From NCBI GenBank assembly GCA_002633005.1, contig NMRA01000010.1:147846-211845 (forward strand): a stretch of DNA of 64,000 nt, read 5' to 3'. This document shows positions 51,201 through 64,000 of the stretch, piece after piece (within the stretch, counting starts at the first letter, position 1; the number at the start of each line of letters is the position of its first letter). The position numbers and the translations under genes are program-made. This stretch comes from Phoronis australis. Its lineage: Eukaryota; Animalia; Phoronida. Below the pieces are notes generated by a model. That model did not search any database, was not told where the DNA came from, and saw nothing but the letters and a program-made list of their open reading frames with translations.

Positions 51201-51894
51201 TTCTAGTGATGGTGATGACAAGCGCCAGTCAGTGTCACGTGGCCGTCTGCGGCGCCAGGTCCCCAAACATTATGCGGATTATGACTCTGATATTGATGAG
51301 AAGTATTCGCCTAGGAGTCACGTGACTTCACGTAACCGTAACAACCAGAAGAAATCTGATAAACAGTCCAGTGCTCGTAGGAAGGCTAAGGTCACATCGA
51401 CGGCAGCTGCCTTGAAGAAATTCAGAAAGACTGGTTCACGACAGAGCAAAGGTTCTAGGAAGGATCAACCTTCTTCTGATGAGGAAGGTAGCAGTTTAAG
51501 CAATGGCGAAGATGGTGGAAGGGTCAACAACAAACGTAGGAAAATGGCGCCATCTGGTGCAACATGTAAGAAAGTGAATTCAACCAGAACCAAACAGTCT
51601 ACGCTTATGGTGAAACTGGAGGCTCTCTCAGATGATCAAATTCGAAGCAATTCAAGTAGTGATGATGAGGATGATGGTGACGTGGGTGGGCATAAAAGAC
51701 GAAAGGCAAAATCCAATTCGCCAAAAAAGAGTAAAACTGATAAGTCTGGTCGAAAGAGAAGCTCCAAACAGTCGGAGGATGGAGATGATAGTGAGAGTGA
51801 GGTGGAGTCCACAAGGAAGAAAAGAACTGTTTCACCTGTGAAAGGAAAAGGAAAGGGGAGCAAGGCCGCAAAGTCAAGAACACGTCTGCGGTAG
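36213..51894 (+). CDS. HP1BP3: HP1BP3-like chromatin protein: three H15 linker-histone globular domains, putative N-terminal winged helix, long K/R/S/D-rich tail (about 732 aa, 11 coding exons)
   Basis: Phase-consistent GT-AG exons 36213-36294, 37746-37908, 38504-38624, 39333-39506, 40168-40299, 41276-41369, 42145-42282, 43623-43794, 46379-46491, 49903-50095, 51078-51894 (2199 nt, no internal stop); H15 wings TKGIGKCGYYRL, VSGKGLSGSVQL, QLSGIGLAGTFQL; HP1BP3-like EPK motifs (QSEPKVAS, ACNEPKQSG). The gene symbol is a family-level assignment. Confidence 0.85.
36467..36609. repeat. 27-bp minisatellite, 5 copies (TTCCTTGAAGGTGGATATTTTAGTGAA)
   Basis: Directly visible; intronic. Confidence 0.95.
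36763..37260. mobile_element. Harbinger-like MITE (intronic)
   Basis: AGGCCCTTTCATA / TATGAAAGAGCCT TIRs, flanks TAA/CAA. Confidence 0.6.
39507..40167 (+). other. U12-type (minor spliceosome) GT-AG intron
   Basis: 5' splice site GTATCCTT; branch point CCTTAAC (40151-40157) 10 nt before the end of the acceptor CAG; no polypyrimidine tract; splicing keeps the H15 reading frame. Confidence 0.88.
42822..43011. repeat. 46-bp minisatellite, 4 near-perfect copies
   Basis: TAGACAGTCATCCACACAAACCATAACATATTCAAGTACAGAGGTA starting at 42822, 42868, 42914 and 42960. Confidence 0.95.
44237..45890 (+). mobile_element. Non-autonomous Tc1/mariner(pogo)-type element, copy A
   Basis: TIR CCGTATTCGCCCTAATAAGTGC at both ends, TA at the left flank. 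Confidence 0.8.
47323..48795 (-). mobile_element. Non-autonomous Tc1/mariner(pogo)-type element, copy B, inverted relative to copy A
   Basis: TA|CCGTATTC...AATACGG|TA; interior matches the reverse complement of copy A (both give an ICRPRASPPC pseudo-ORF on opposite strands). Confidence 0.82.
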
Positions 51895-51902
51895 ACAGCG
51901 GT

Positions 51903-52045
51903 CAGTGGCAGGGGGCAGGGGGGAAAGGGGGCCATGGCCCCCTAAAATTCTTTCATATTCCATTTGGCAATTCAGGTGTGCGAATGTCTGTTGGCTAATA
52001 CTCTGCCGTTGCCCCTACTGACTTAAAATTCTGGATCTATCCCTG
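51903..52045. mobile_element. Short CAGTGGC-type MITE immediately after the stop codon (3' UTR)
   Basis: Reverse-orientation relative of 16147-16290. Confidence 0.6.
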
Positions 52046-52101
52046 CTGGTAACATGACGGTGAAGAAAGGACTGCACTCTTATTTAGTAGTGTGTGTCCA
52101 G

Positions 52102-52366
52102 GCTCTGTTTCATGACAATCGACTGAAGACTTAAGACGGAAATTTGGTCTTACGCGCCACATAACTTTTTCAGCAAAAACAATTAAATCTCACTGGAGCA
52201 AAATTACAAAGTCTCTGAGAATATACACTTATTTTATAGTTATTGAAATAATTTCTACAAATTATTCCTAGACTGTGATGCCCTCACAATTGCTGCTAAA
52301 GATTTATTCATCAGTTTTGAAGTGGGAGCAGAGGACCAAATTTTAAGTCGCTTTCATGAAACAAAC
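52102..52366. mobile_element. Harbinger-type MITE in the 3' UTR region
   Basis: TGTTTCATGA / TCATGAAACA ends, CAG on both flanks; homologous to 26926-27180. Confidence 0.6.
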
Positions 52367-52614
52367 CAGAAATAAGTTGTCTTGGACTTTCAGGTGTGAG
52401 ATTATATGAAGTTGGCACCTGCATACTATGTGGGAGTTGAGCAACTATAGTGTAACTGTAACAAAGCGACTGGTTCAACTTGCGGAACATTTCGTCCAAG
52501 CATGCGGAGAATCTAGAGGATGAGCAGTTGGAACGTTTTTTACCCCATTTCTGATTATAAGGGTGTAGAGTCACTGTGTGGTCTTTGAGATACTTATGCA
52601 GGTTTCCAATTGTC

Positions 52615-55013
52615 TAATGAGCCAAACTGGGCTAAAAACAGCTCGGCATGAAACTGTGTAGTGCCAAGCAGCAGTTACGTTAGCTTTCATTATGTGCGGT
52701 TGGTGTTTGCTTGACATTTGTGCTTCCTTCGTTTTGGATAACCATGCAGGGATGCAACTGAAAGTTTTAACTAACTCCGACCTGCAATAACTTTGTGCCA
52801 CTAACTTTTAAAACTACAAGCCAAGCTGAGATTTTAAAAGCTTTTCGCATGTTTAATACCTTCTTGGGAACAGTTAGCTTGATTCTAGTCTATTTCTGGG
52901 CCCAGTTGCATAAGCGTTATATGTAGGTTAGCATTAATGACATCACATGCCATATTGCTATTGTTGAACAATGTATTTGACGTGGGGTAGCAGTCAAACT
53001 TATCTAGTGGGTAAGTTGTAAAGTTTTATGGAAGTCACGCCTTTACAACTTTGCATTAGCTGTCTGTAGCATAGTTTGGCATGGCGTGCAGAGTGTGTGG
53101 CCGAGGAATGGAAAAAATGAAGTAGTTTTCAGAATAAATTCACTGCATGCTGTTGAGACAAGTTTGTCAAAGTTGATGAGGGAAAAGTGTCCGAATGAAG
53201 GTAGGCAGAGGAAGGAAAGGCTTCTGAAATGCCTGATGTTGAACAAACCAAACAATTGGAAGAACACGTGTCAGTCGCTGATCTTCGGGAACAGCAAGCA
53301 GAAGAGTTTGGCAAAATGAATTTGGGCACTGCCGCTAGTTCTTAATTGTTTTAATTACATTGTGTAACAGTTGATCTGAGTTAGTTTCTGGGACAATTTA
53401 TGTAATTTTAGAATTGTTTTGCCGTTTTACTTGTTAGGTGGTCACAGTGGTGTCTGTTGAAACATTTACAGCAAATGTAACCATTTATTATTGGGCGTTG
53501 TATGTGCCTGAATTTTAGATTTTAGAATTTTTGAAATTGCATGTTTTAATTGTGCTTTGTCAGTAAATTGTTGCGTTGTTTTCACCAATCAATTAAGTGC
53601 GGTATATTATGTCAGATTTTGGTTCAGACTAAAATCTACAATATTCATGCTTGCAGTTAACATTCAGTGTGTAACTGAGAATCTTGTATGGGTTAAGTCA
53701 GCCACACTTTAAACCTGTGTAGTAGTATTGACTGATTATTGGCCCCGTGAATACTTGAGTCCAGCTGGTAAGGGGGTTGTGAAATGGTCAGTTTTGTTTG
53801 TTACTGGATTGCANTAATGAGCCAAACTGGGCTAAAAACAGCTCCGCATGAAACTGTGTAGTGCCAAGCAGCAGTTACGTTAGCTTTCATTATGTGCGGT
53901 TGGTGTTTGCTTGACATTTGTGCTTCCTTCGTTTGGGATAACCATGCAGGGATGCAACTGAAATTTTTAACTAACTCCAACCTGCAATAACTTTGTGCCA
54001 CTAACTTTTAAAACTACAAGCCAAGCTGAGATTTTAAAAGCTTTTCGCATGTTTAATACCTTCTTGGGAACAGTTAGCTTGATTCTAGTCTATTTCTGGG
54101 CCCAGTTGCATAAACGTTATATGTAGGATAGCATTAATGACATCACATGCCATATTGCTATTGTTGAACAATGTATTTGACGTGGGGTAGCAGTCAAACT
54201 TATCTAGTGGGTAAGTTGTAAAGTTTTATGGAAGTCACGCCTTTACAACTTTGCATTAGCTGTCTGTAGCATAGTTTGGCATGGCGTGCAGAGTGTGTGG
54301 CCGAGGAATGGAAAAAATGAAGTAGTTTTCAGAATAAATTCACTGCATGCTGTTGAGACAAGTTTGTCAAAGTTGATGGGGGAAAAGTGTCCGAATGAAG
54401 GTAGGCAGAGGAAGGAAAGGCTTCTGAAATGCCTGATGTTGAACAAACCAAACAATTGGAAGAACACGTGTCAGTCGCTGATCTTCGGGAACAGCAAGCA
54501 GAAGAGTTTGGCAAAAGGAATTTGGGCACTGCCGCTAGTTCTTAATTGTTTTAATTACATTGTGTAACAGTTGATCCGAGTTAGTTTCTGGGACAATTTA
54601 TGTAATTTTAGAATTGTTTTGCCGTTTTACTTGTTAGGTGGTCACAGTGGTGTCTGTTGAAACATTTACAGCAAATGTAACCATTTATTATTGGGCATTG
54701 TATGTGCCTGAATTTTAGATTTTAGAATTTTTGAAATTGCATGTTTTAATTGTGCTTTGTCAGTAAATTGTTGCGTTGTTATTACCAATCAATTAAGTGC
54801 AGTATATTATGTCAGATTTTGGTTCAGACTAAAATCTACAATATTCATGCTTGCAGTTAACATTCAGTGTGTAACTGAGAATCTTGTATGGGTTATATCA
54901 GTCGCACTTTAAACCTGTGTAGTAGTATTGACTGATTATTGGCCCCGTGAATACTTGAGTCCAGTTGGTAAGGGGGTTGTGAAATGGTTAGTTTTGTTTG
55001 TTACTGGATTGCA
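52615..55013. repeat. 1.2-kb direct duplication joined at a single N (53814); likely allelic assembly overlap
   Basis: Period 1200 bp, scattered substitutions, junction exactly at the N. Confidence 0.8.
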
Positions 55014-58000
55014 ACTGTAACTGGTGCATGTATGTCGTAGGAAGATTTGTCGTTAATAAATGTCTATTTAGGTTATCTTGTGAAAAATTGTGTAGTCTAA
55101 CCTTTATCCCCGGTCGGCAGCTTTTTCGATCATTCTTTGGTATAATTTTTCCGCCGGCCCTGCCAATTTTGACACCCGTGGTATCTGTTTTCACACAGAG
55201 GCCCTGTTTGCATGATACCCTAAGCTATAAACCCTTGCCTTTGCGAAATTTTAAAGATAACGCGAATTGGGCCAATTTTTAAACTAGCAAGGTGTCGGAG
55301 ACCGATTTTAGAACGGCAAGTAGCCTAATTCATGTATCTCAAAAAAAATCGCAAGGTACGGGTCTATAGCTTAGAATACAATTAAAATTATTAAGATTAT
55401 AGAGGGTTTTTGGTTTTAGAAGAACTGGGAATTCGTCGCTCCTTCAGAACGGGCCTTGTTTGTCTGTCGGATTAGTTCCAGCTCAGTGCCGAAGCCTTGT
55501 ATTATTATCGGCGTTGAAGGAATTTGATGCGTTTTATTGCTCGCAATTTCTAGTCAAGTGATGAGAACCAGTGACTTCGCTTTGAAAGAGCCTCATAAAT
55601 CGCCAATGAACGTAGTTGTTTTTGCACCACAACATGTCCAATTTATGATGACTTTATTGAATAAAATCCGCCACTTTTTGAGAACTAAAGGGCACGCCTT
55701 GTACTAGATACGAATATTTCTAAACGTTCAACGTGGGTCTTCGTCACTCGCGTCGAGCATGTATAACACTGTGACTTTTATCTCCCGAATATAGCTAGCT
55801 CGGCCACTCGGACCGGTAGAAATTCCTAGGAAATTTCTCTGGTTAGTTTAGCGAATGTCAAGCCAGTAAAAACGTTCATTTTCATTACCTGGTGAGTACA
55901 ATAGCCAAAAAAGCGTGAGTGGGTCCTCGTGGTGTAAAAAAGGTGTCCAATGTATAATTCCTCAAGACCGTAGTTTGTACCGCGGCCATGGGCTAAACCG
56001 AGTATTTTATCCTTTAAAAGGTAGGGTGTTGGACGTATCGTAATTTGCTCAACATTTTACTTTGATCCAAAATCCTTTGAAGGCAAGATAAGGTAACGGA
56101 TACGGATGCATATGTGTTTGATTTTGACTGAAGACAATGTGACTGTCGCATAAACCTAAACGTTGTGTCTATAAGCACGCGCCCGTGCGTTTGTGTACTG
56201 TACATGTGCATACCTAATTCTTGATACATGTGCAGTTTCAAATTAGGCGCACGCGCCTAATTCCAGATAGAGTTTCAAACAAAGTAGGCGCATGCTCCGA
56301 AATAGGCGCATAATTAATCCTAAGGTAAAAAGTGAAATTTCTGCCTGATAGTAATATTATCAGGCAAGGCTATTTTACTGAGCCAAGATACCTCAGTATC
56401 ATTTCCAGCTTTGAAGCATCTACTATAGTTTTACAGGCACTCAAACGAATATTTCTAATTTCATGTCGTTGCATTTTAAGTTAACTGTGTCCCTGTTGCC
56501 AGAGTCGTCCGAGTACCAATTTGCAGGTTAACTTGAGCCACTGCCATGGTTAGTTTTCGAGTCGAGCTCCCACATTAGCCCAGGAGCCCTGAAGTCACTG
56601 AATGTTATTACGAGTCCTATTTTTAACTTCAAGTTTTTTGTTTTACGAGTAGAACAAAGCCCTCTGGTATGTCACTGTTTATCCATGAACACTGGGAAGC
56701 AGGTTTTGTGCGCGTAAGCACGACTCCGCAAAGTGTTTCATCAGAAAATCCAAATCCGCTCAGTCGGGAAACAACATGTTGCCACGTACGTAAAGGCCGT
56801 TGTTGAACCCTAACACATATCTCTGTTCTCAAATCCAAAAGCAAACGAAGCCGGTCATAGAAGTCCATGTGCTGTGGAAATCCCCATCGCAATATCAACC
56901 GGTGAGAATTGAGCATCATAGCTGACGGTTATGAAACGCGTGGTAGCGCCTAATGGGTGTGCCTATAAAGAATTGTGTCAAAACCGTCTGGCTACTCGGT
57001 AACCTCATTCATTCTTGTTTTTGTGGGGTTAATGACCACAAATGTGTTCAGAACCCCATGAATAAATACGCGTTTCAGGTGCAATCAAACTATACTTGAA
57101 GCCGATCGGATATCGAGGGGGCCGTTTGAATGCGAATGTCAAAGATATGTTAAGTTCATTGGTGGTTAAGGAAATAACTGAAGCAAGAATTTTCACCGTA
57201 TGTCATGAGAATTCATTGAAATCCCAATATAAGGAAGCCCGTTGATTGTTTTGTGCATTTTTGCCCTGACCGGCGAATTTTTGGAACGTGAGCTGTGGAG
57301 GTCGCATCGGAATATGTTGCCGCAGAGCCGGGGGTAAGCTGGTCGCAAGCAAACCGTTTAAATGTTAGCCTGCTATTTACCCGGTGAAACACTGACGTAC
57401 TTGGCCGTGCTTAAGGCGTACTTTCAAATAAAAAATCTAGAAAATCATCAGTTATGAAATGAAATTACTCGTTAGCGCTAAAACTGAGTGTATGCATCAG
57501 TGTTCTGCATCGCTGTTATATTGGTGCAAGGCCAAGCGATGATTTTGCTCGATTTGTGCCAAGAGTGAACTACGAGACACTAAGTCATGACCTTTTGACG
57601 CCACAGGCTAATGTTAACAACACATTTCCTGCCCTCAACAGTGTCAAGTAAAAGAAATAAACGTGTTGTTATAGAATGTACTATAATCGATTTGAATTGA
57701 TGCAAAATGACATCGTTTTTTGGTGACATGCTCCTGCCTTTTATAAGCCCAAGAACTTTACTATCAAATGTTGGATTCGACCGTGAACATTTTGACTGCC
57801 GAGTTTCGGATTCATTAATCAATGACTTGCTTTACGACAAAAGTTTCCCTTCTCGCGTCATAGCAAAGGCTCTGGCCACTATACTGCCAAACATTGTATT
57901 GATTAGTGTAAAACTTGGCTTTGTGGACAATGACGCAGTCCTTCTTGAATTATTGACGAAGTGTTGTGAAGTATTTACTTAGTAAACTCTTCTTATAACA

Positions 58001-58562
58001 CGACACGGGTTTTACGGGCTGACATTCTTAACGTGAAAGGTTTCTTCAGTGGTCAAGTCTTACAAGAGGAGTGCCAAGACATATGTTTTGAGTACGGAAC
58101 CCGAAAACTGTAGCTAACGAGAATTACAGATATTTGTCTAAACAGCGCTTGCTCAGGTGAGACTTGGTTAGAATGCCATTTAGAACATGCGTCGAACCAC
58201 GCCATGAGACCTCCGTTCGATTCGGTGTACGTGTGTTCGTGCAAAAAGAAGACGGTAACCCCGCACTTCAGTTGACATAGCATCGACTCCGATTAAAATT
58301 ATCATATCTTCGCACTGGTGGTTGAAATTCGTTTTCGTTGTCGCTTGATGGGGATTTCAAGCAACAAGCCTTTTACACTTCTCACTATGTGCACTGCAAG
58401 CCCTCCATGTGACAAAAAGCACGATGAGAGGTCATTTGCTTTAACGAATGCATGAGCGTTCCTTTTTCAGTAAAACAGTTTCCGCTCGAAAAATTGCCAC
58501 TGTGGAGTCAGGGCTGGATCTAGGATTTTGAATTGGGAAGGGGGGAGGGGGGGGGGGCAGGG

Positions 58563-58876
58563 NNNNNNNNNNNNNNNNNNNNNNNNNNNNNNNNNNNNNN
58601 NNNNNNNNNNNNNNNNNNNNNNNNNNNNNNNNNNNNNNNNNNNNNNNNNNNNNNNNNNNNNNNNNNNNNNNNNNNNNNNNNNNNNNNNNNNNNNNNNNNN
58701 NNNNNNNNNNNNNNNNNNNNNNNNNNNNNNNNNNNNNNNNNNNNNNNNNNNNNNNNNNNNNNNNNNNNNNNNNNNNNNNNNNNNNNNNNNNNNNNNNNNN
58801 NNNNNNNNNNNNNNNNNNNNNNNNNNNNNNNNNNNNNNNNNNNNNNNNNNNNNNNNNNNNNNNNNNNNNNNNNNNN
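58563..58876. other. Assembly gap (N run) starting inside a G-rich MITE end
   Basis: Run of Ns after CAGGGCTGGATCTAGG...poly-G. Confidence 0.98.
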
Positions 58877-59058
58877 GCCTTGACCAGTGTCGCGCCTCAG
58901 AGAGATGGTCAAACTTGTCTACCCATCTGAAAGCCGTGCATTAAATTTGTGAATGGCCTTGACCAGTGTCGCGCCTCAGAGAGATGATCAAACTTGTCTA
59001 CCCATCTGAAAGCCGTGCATTAAATTTGTGAATGGCCTTGACCAGTGTCGCGCCTCAG
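58877..59058. repeat. 79-bp tandem repeat, 2.3 visible copies abutting the gap
   Basis: GCCTTGACCAGTGTCGCGCCTCAG starts at 58877, 58956 and 59035. Confidence 0.9.
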
Positions 59059-59619
59059 CCTGACGAAATATATTACCAAAATGTGACTAAGACGCAATTT
59101 CGTCAAAATTTGAGCCCAAACTTTGGCATCCATCGCGCCCTAACAATTTGAAACCTAAGTGACGTGAAAGACTGGGCCCGGCATTTTAAAGTAACAAAAA
59201 GTGCCACGGCACACGGCTCAGCTGATATGTTTAACAAAAGGGTCCGTGACCCATTAAAAAATTCTGAAATTTTCTCTTCACTGAGAAACAACGATAAAAT
59301 TAATGTTTATCTAATCGGAAATGCTGACAGATGTTGAGTTTAAACACGCAAAACTATGGATTTTTACTTTGACTAAATTCTTTTATTTAATATTTAGCTA
59401 TATATTTTTTATGTTTACAGTCTCAGCTGGCTGAAACGGAAATCATCAACACAACCTCTATTGTCTGTACAATGTGTCTGAAGTAACTGTGCGATAATCG
59501 CACACTTTGTTCTTGGTAAGGCAAACTTATTCCTGAACATGCTTTGGGTTTAACCGGCCCTCCTCACTAATAAACATCCATTTCAATTTTCATTCCATTT
59601 CAGTAGTAAATCCAAAATA

Positions 59620-62600
59620 ATGGCTGACACAGGACAAAAACACTACTCGTATTTAACAGGGAAGAATTACGAAGACGTACCGATTCATGCACTCACGTAC
59701 AAAGCATTATGGCGAGGATTCCAGGAAAACACGTCTGGTCATGGATTTAGTAGAATATACCTTACTCCAGGTGCGTGCACGTTCAAGAATTTGTTGTCAT
59801 GAAGAAAAGAGTATACGTGCCTGACATCTTTGGGGTCTTTAAGAGGTTAGATTTGCATCGAATGCTATTCAATGCCAAAAATCGGAGAAAGAAGGCGACA
59901 TATTACTCCATCATCTCTTGTGATCCTTGGAGACACAGAGGTTTACATGTACATACCTCAAAAATTGTCTTTTGGACATTTTTTTGCAAGTAAGAATATG
60001 GCCACGTTTTCAAGTGAGCGTAAAAGACCCGCACTGCAATTTTTAAGAACAATGGGGGCCCGTGACAAAATCTCTTGGTTAGGACCCCCAAACCGCCCCA
60101 GCATTGATGATGTATTAAAACGGTTCCCAAATTTGTACATGCTTCGCTGTGTCTTTCTCTTTTCGATTGGCCTCCTCGACCACGAACATGTTTGTTATGC
60201 GGTTGCTTTATGTTTACTTAAGCTCATTTGTGGTGAAAGTTATCCTTTAGCTCACTGTAATGCTTTCTGACAGGCCAAACTAAATATTTTGTCTTCTGGC
60301 ATATCCTCTACGTGACCAGTGTGGTGTCCCGGCCCGTTCATTCATGAATATCTCTAAACCGGGTACTAATCTAGCTCAAAATTTCAACATTCTGTGAGTG
60401 AGATGTTTAGGGTGTTACCGACGGGTCCCAGTCAGAATTATATGCAATTGTTTGGAAGTCTTTATGGGTTTCTGGCGGGCCCTTCCATAGTCAAGTTTCA
60501 TGTCATGGTCATGCAGTGGTCATGCAGTATGGCACGATTTGTCATTTTTTAAAAATGAGTTTTAGCCCACCTCGAATATCTACTTTAGCTTAGATTTTCA
60601 ACAGCAGTAGGTGGTGACATTTTAGGACAGTTTCTGGCAGGCCTTACCTAGAGTGTATGCTGCCTGTCGGTACTAAGGCTAGTTGATTGATGGGTGTTCA
60701 GTGTGGGCGATTATTCATTTGAAATCAGTTTTGGCCTGTGCCTCATATATCTAAGCTATAGCTGAATTCCTGTCCCCCTTATTAAGTCCCAGGGCCACTC
60801 CTAGTATGCAGACACCAGCAGACATTCATTTCTGTCCTTACCAAGATGCACTCTGAGTGCCTCTGTTGTCAGATGTTGGTACCTCGTTCATCTATACTAA
60901 GTGCTCTTGGCTGTCGGTCTGTTTGCGCCATCAACTCTTTGAATAACCTTATCACTAGGACTGAGTGCTTTGCCGAACATCTGTTTGGATGTTTAGTGAT
61001 GACGTGTCATGGCAGCAGATTACGCAATTTGGACCCGGAAATAAGAGTAGATATGCCGACACGCTAGCATTATGGAATTAACTTTACTGAAGCATAGAAG
61101 AAATTGGCCCAATTCATTTTTCATTCTCAATACTAGTCTACCATTAATTGGATAACGTGTAGAATAAGCACTCAAAAAGAAGGCATTAAGCGCTGTCACA
61201 GTTTTTGGATGGTCTTCCAGTTTTTGTTTTGTGCAACCTGTACTTTTCACAGAAACCGCAAAGTCCCGATTTTCTTATGCAAAAATAAAACGTTTGCATA
61301 GCGTTTTAGAAGAACAGTCCTTGGAGCAGTTTATAAGTGTCTGTCCAAGCATTTTTTTAAAAAATATTCCCAATTACGCCAAATTTTGACATTTCAAAAG
61401 CTGGTCACTCTTCTCCAGGCTTTCATTCCGGACTCGGCTATTCAGAATTGATAGGGGTAATAAAACAATTATCTTCTCAGGCCAGGTCCACAAACCGTTT
61501 GTTAAGCTGGATTTAGCTGCGAAGTTAAACTGGATAGTTGTATGACTGAGAGCAGGGTTTGCAAAGAAGTACTTTCACTGACTTTGCATATCAATATATT
61601 TCAAGAAGCCCAGTATGTGTGAACGACACTGTGATTTTCACCGTCTGCAAATTTTAAGCCACTATGCAGACAGATTCAGATACCCACTCAAAGCCCAAAA
61701 TGTTGGCCACAGGGTCACTAGGCAGCTTGAATTACTTTTATTTCAGGAACAGTCAAGAAAGCATTGTGGACCCTAGTCTGTATCGGAGGTTTCACAGCGT
61801 GGGGTGTTCACACGACGACACTTTTGGTTAATTTCTTCTACTACCACGTTGACGTGACTGTACAGATTTTGACTGCAAAAAACTTAAGTTACCCTGCCGT
61901 AACGATATGCAACTTGAACCAGATAAAATCCTCAAAGATTAGCGACGTGTTAAAGCTTGATGATCTATACGCATTGGCTGCGCAAACTGTGGACGACGGA
62001 GACGGCAATTTAGGTGAGATGGCATCTCCTGCACTGAAATACACTACAAAAGGGAATTAGACGCACACTCATTCGTTTTTCGAGAAATATTTCTGTAATG
62101 GGCCAGTGGTAGACGGAGAGTTTCTAGCTCAACTGGGTCGAGCCAGCACTGTGACGTAAAGGCGCAAAGGTACGATTGCACTAAAGACTGAATTAGCTCA
62201 TTCCACGCCTTGACATGAGCTGTGAGCTCATCCGACTCACTTAATGGGGTAGTCAATTGTGCTCGTACAGTGGCGGATCTAGGATACCATAAGGGGGGGG
62301 GCAATATGTTGCCTCGGGGAATTGGGCAAAGGGCATTAGGCAAAGCGCATTGGGCAAAGCGCTACTATATGTGCACAGGGGCCCCGAAAGTTGCGGGGGC
62401 CGGGAATGTGAGCCTCCTGTTCGGAAAACCTATCGGTGGACTAAAAAAAACGGGAACGCGTTCCGCCGCTATCTGGGGTCTGAGCCCCTCCTTTTCACCT
62501 GACGGTTGCTGCTTCACTTTGCTTGCTGCAGCCAAAGGGGGGCCTATGTCGTAGCTAATCTTCTGCCGGGCTGACCCTTTCGCAACACCTCGGATATTTT

Positions 62601-63276
62601 GGTAGACTCAAATGTCTCCTCGTAGGTGAACTTCATCTGTGCATGTCCGAAATTCAGTCATACGGTCACTTATTGTACAGATTGAAAATCACACGACTTG
62701 CTGCATGACTGAAGTCCACACTTGCACGGATATACGTTCACCAGGAAAGTTGAGGTTACAAAAATACCCGAGGTCTAGTTGTGCTCCACTGGATGGCGCT
62801 CANCCAGGATTTTGTTCGTCAGACATTCGCACTCCCGAACTGCCAATTGTAATCTGGGAGAATTTTAGGGTGGGCATGGCCCCCTTGGCCCCCCTCTAAA
62901 TCCGCCACTGGGCGCTGACCATTCTTTTACATGAGAGAGACCAGTTGATCGAAGCTTTCCGTCAGCGCTTGCCCTAAGTGTCGCTTGGTATGGGATCAAC
63001 TTGATGAACACTTGCCACGTGACTAGCACATTTTCTTTCCCGAACGTCCATTTTGTGTTTAGTACCAACTCAACATCCTAAAACTTTTTGAGGCATGTTA
63101 TATAAAACATTGATCTCCAGTGATAAATGATGATAACGTTACTGACGTTTATTAACACGTAACACATCCAGTTTTCTTTCACATTTCCAAACAATTTGAT
63201 TCAGTGGACCTTGAAAACAGTTCAAAAATCTTTGACACAGCGCATCATGTACTCTGGAAAACGAGGGAAATCTCAG
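59620..63276 (+). CDS. DEG/ENaC/ASIC-family amiloride-sensitive channel, 5' exons only (continues beyond the window)
   Basis: Exon 59620-59770 with FQENTSGHG (gating HG motif); exon 61747-62013 with TM1 (KKALWTLV...) and YPAVTICNLN; possible phase-compatible third exon 63205-63276 (less certain). Confidence 0.9.
62801..62910. mobile_element. Short CAGTGGCGGAT-type MITE (intronic)
   Basis: Ends AAATCCGCCACTG; flanked by direct repeat GGCGCT; homologous to 16147-16290; contains an N. Confidence 0.6.
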
Positions 63277-64000
63277 GTAGTACACGTATTTATATTAATG
63301 AGAAACACTAGATGAACAAGAAATGAAATTGCGGTGTTTATGTCTTTAGTTTTATTCCTTACAATTCTTCTCAGTTGTGTCCAATGTAATCCACCCATCA
63401 ACTGTCCATGTGTCTTCGTACGTTATTTTATTTGTGTCACATGAAGCAAAAACGCAGCCTCAAGCGAAAACAGCACATTCTTGACGGCTTGTCAAATATT
63501 AATAATGCATTGCCTTGATAGTGCAAAACAATTAGCCTCCAGTCCCTCAGGCTCTGGCGTCGAACGTTTATGATCAGCACTTGATTATTCATGAAAAACA
63601 TATGATTAATTTTCCTTTAAAATGTCACATCACGTCATGAGCATATTTTTGAGAATCTTATTATTTATATGCTTCAAAGCGATTACTCAATTGACTTTGT
63701 TAAGAACCTGAAAGGGTGTCGGAGTGGAAAATCAAAAGTCAGTGCGCACAATCTGGGGGGTGGGGGTGGCGGCTAAACGAATATGTATGTCTATTACGTT
63801 GGAACGCACGGTATGCATTCCATTCAAGGACTTGAGTCAGTCCCAGGTCAGTGACAATATCACGTGATTGAGACTCTTACCAGAGACACTATACCACTTT
63901 CATCGAACAACCTCGACACCGGGCTTTTCGTTTGTCCCATCTGAGGCGATACCATAGAAACGAAATACAAACCACAGAACTGAAACAACAAAAATTAATC

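Noticed and set aside
51097-51894. 265-aa ORF as a stand-alone gene
   Set aside because: It starts at a TTG inside the third H15 wing; it is the last exon of the HP1BP3-like gene (acceptor at 51077)
57580-57982. Overlapping ORFs on both strands (80-91 aa)
   Set aside because: No recognisable motif; extensions contain stops and no clear splice sites
58520-58944. Long ORFs made of X residues
   Set aside because: Artefact of the N gap

Overview
AT-rich metazoan (probably invertebrate) genomic DNA with spliceosomal introns, many decayed transposons and assembly gaps; it is not prokaryotic. Three host genes can be built by hand, all on the + strand. (1) A single-coding-exon 4-TM MS4A/CD20-like gene (22038-22661). 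(2) An 11-coding-exon, about 732 aa HP1BP3-like chromatin protein (36213-51894) with three H15 linker-histone domains, a putative extra N-terminal RFX-like winged helix and one U12-type intron. (3) The 5' exons of a DEG/ENaC/ASIC channel (from 59620). Mobile DNA includes a P-superfamily THAP element with a 7-bp TSD, two Kolobok deletion derivatives (THAP, plus KolX/P2X7-ballast-like sequence) bracketing the MS4A-like gene, a nested Academ-like fragment, two CR1-group LINE relics, an inverted pair of Tc1/mariner-type elements around one exon, and several MITE families. The most unusual signals are at the RNA level: orphan twin histone-type 3' stem-loops with a U7 downstream element but no histone gene (2329-2414, - strand), and a tRNA-like Pol III head followed by an apparently intact hammerhead ribozyme (4161-4381). 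All calls come from reading the sequence by eye; no database searches were run.
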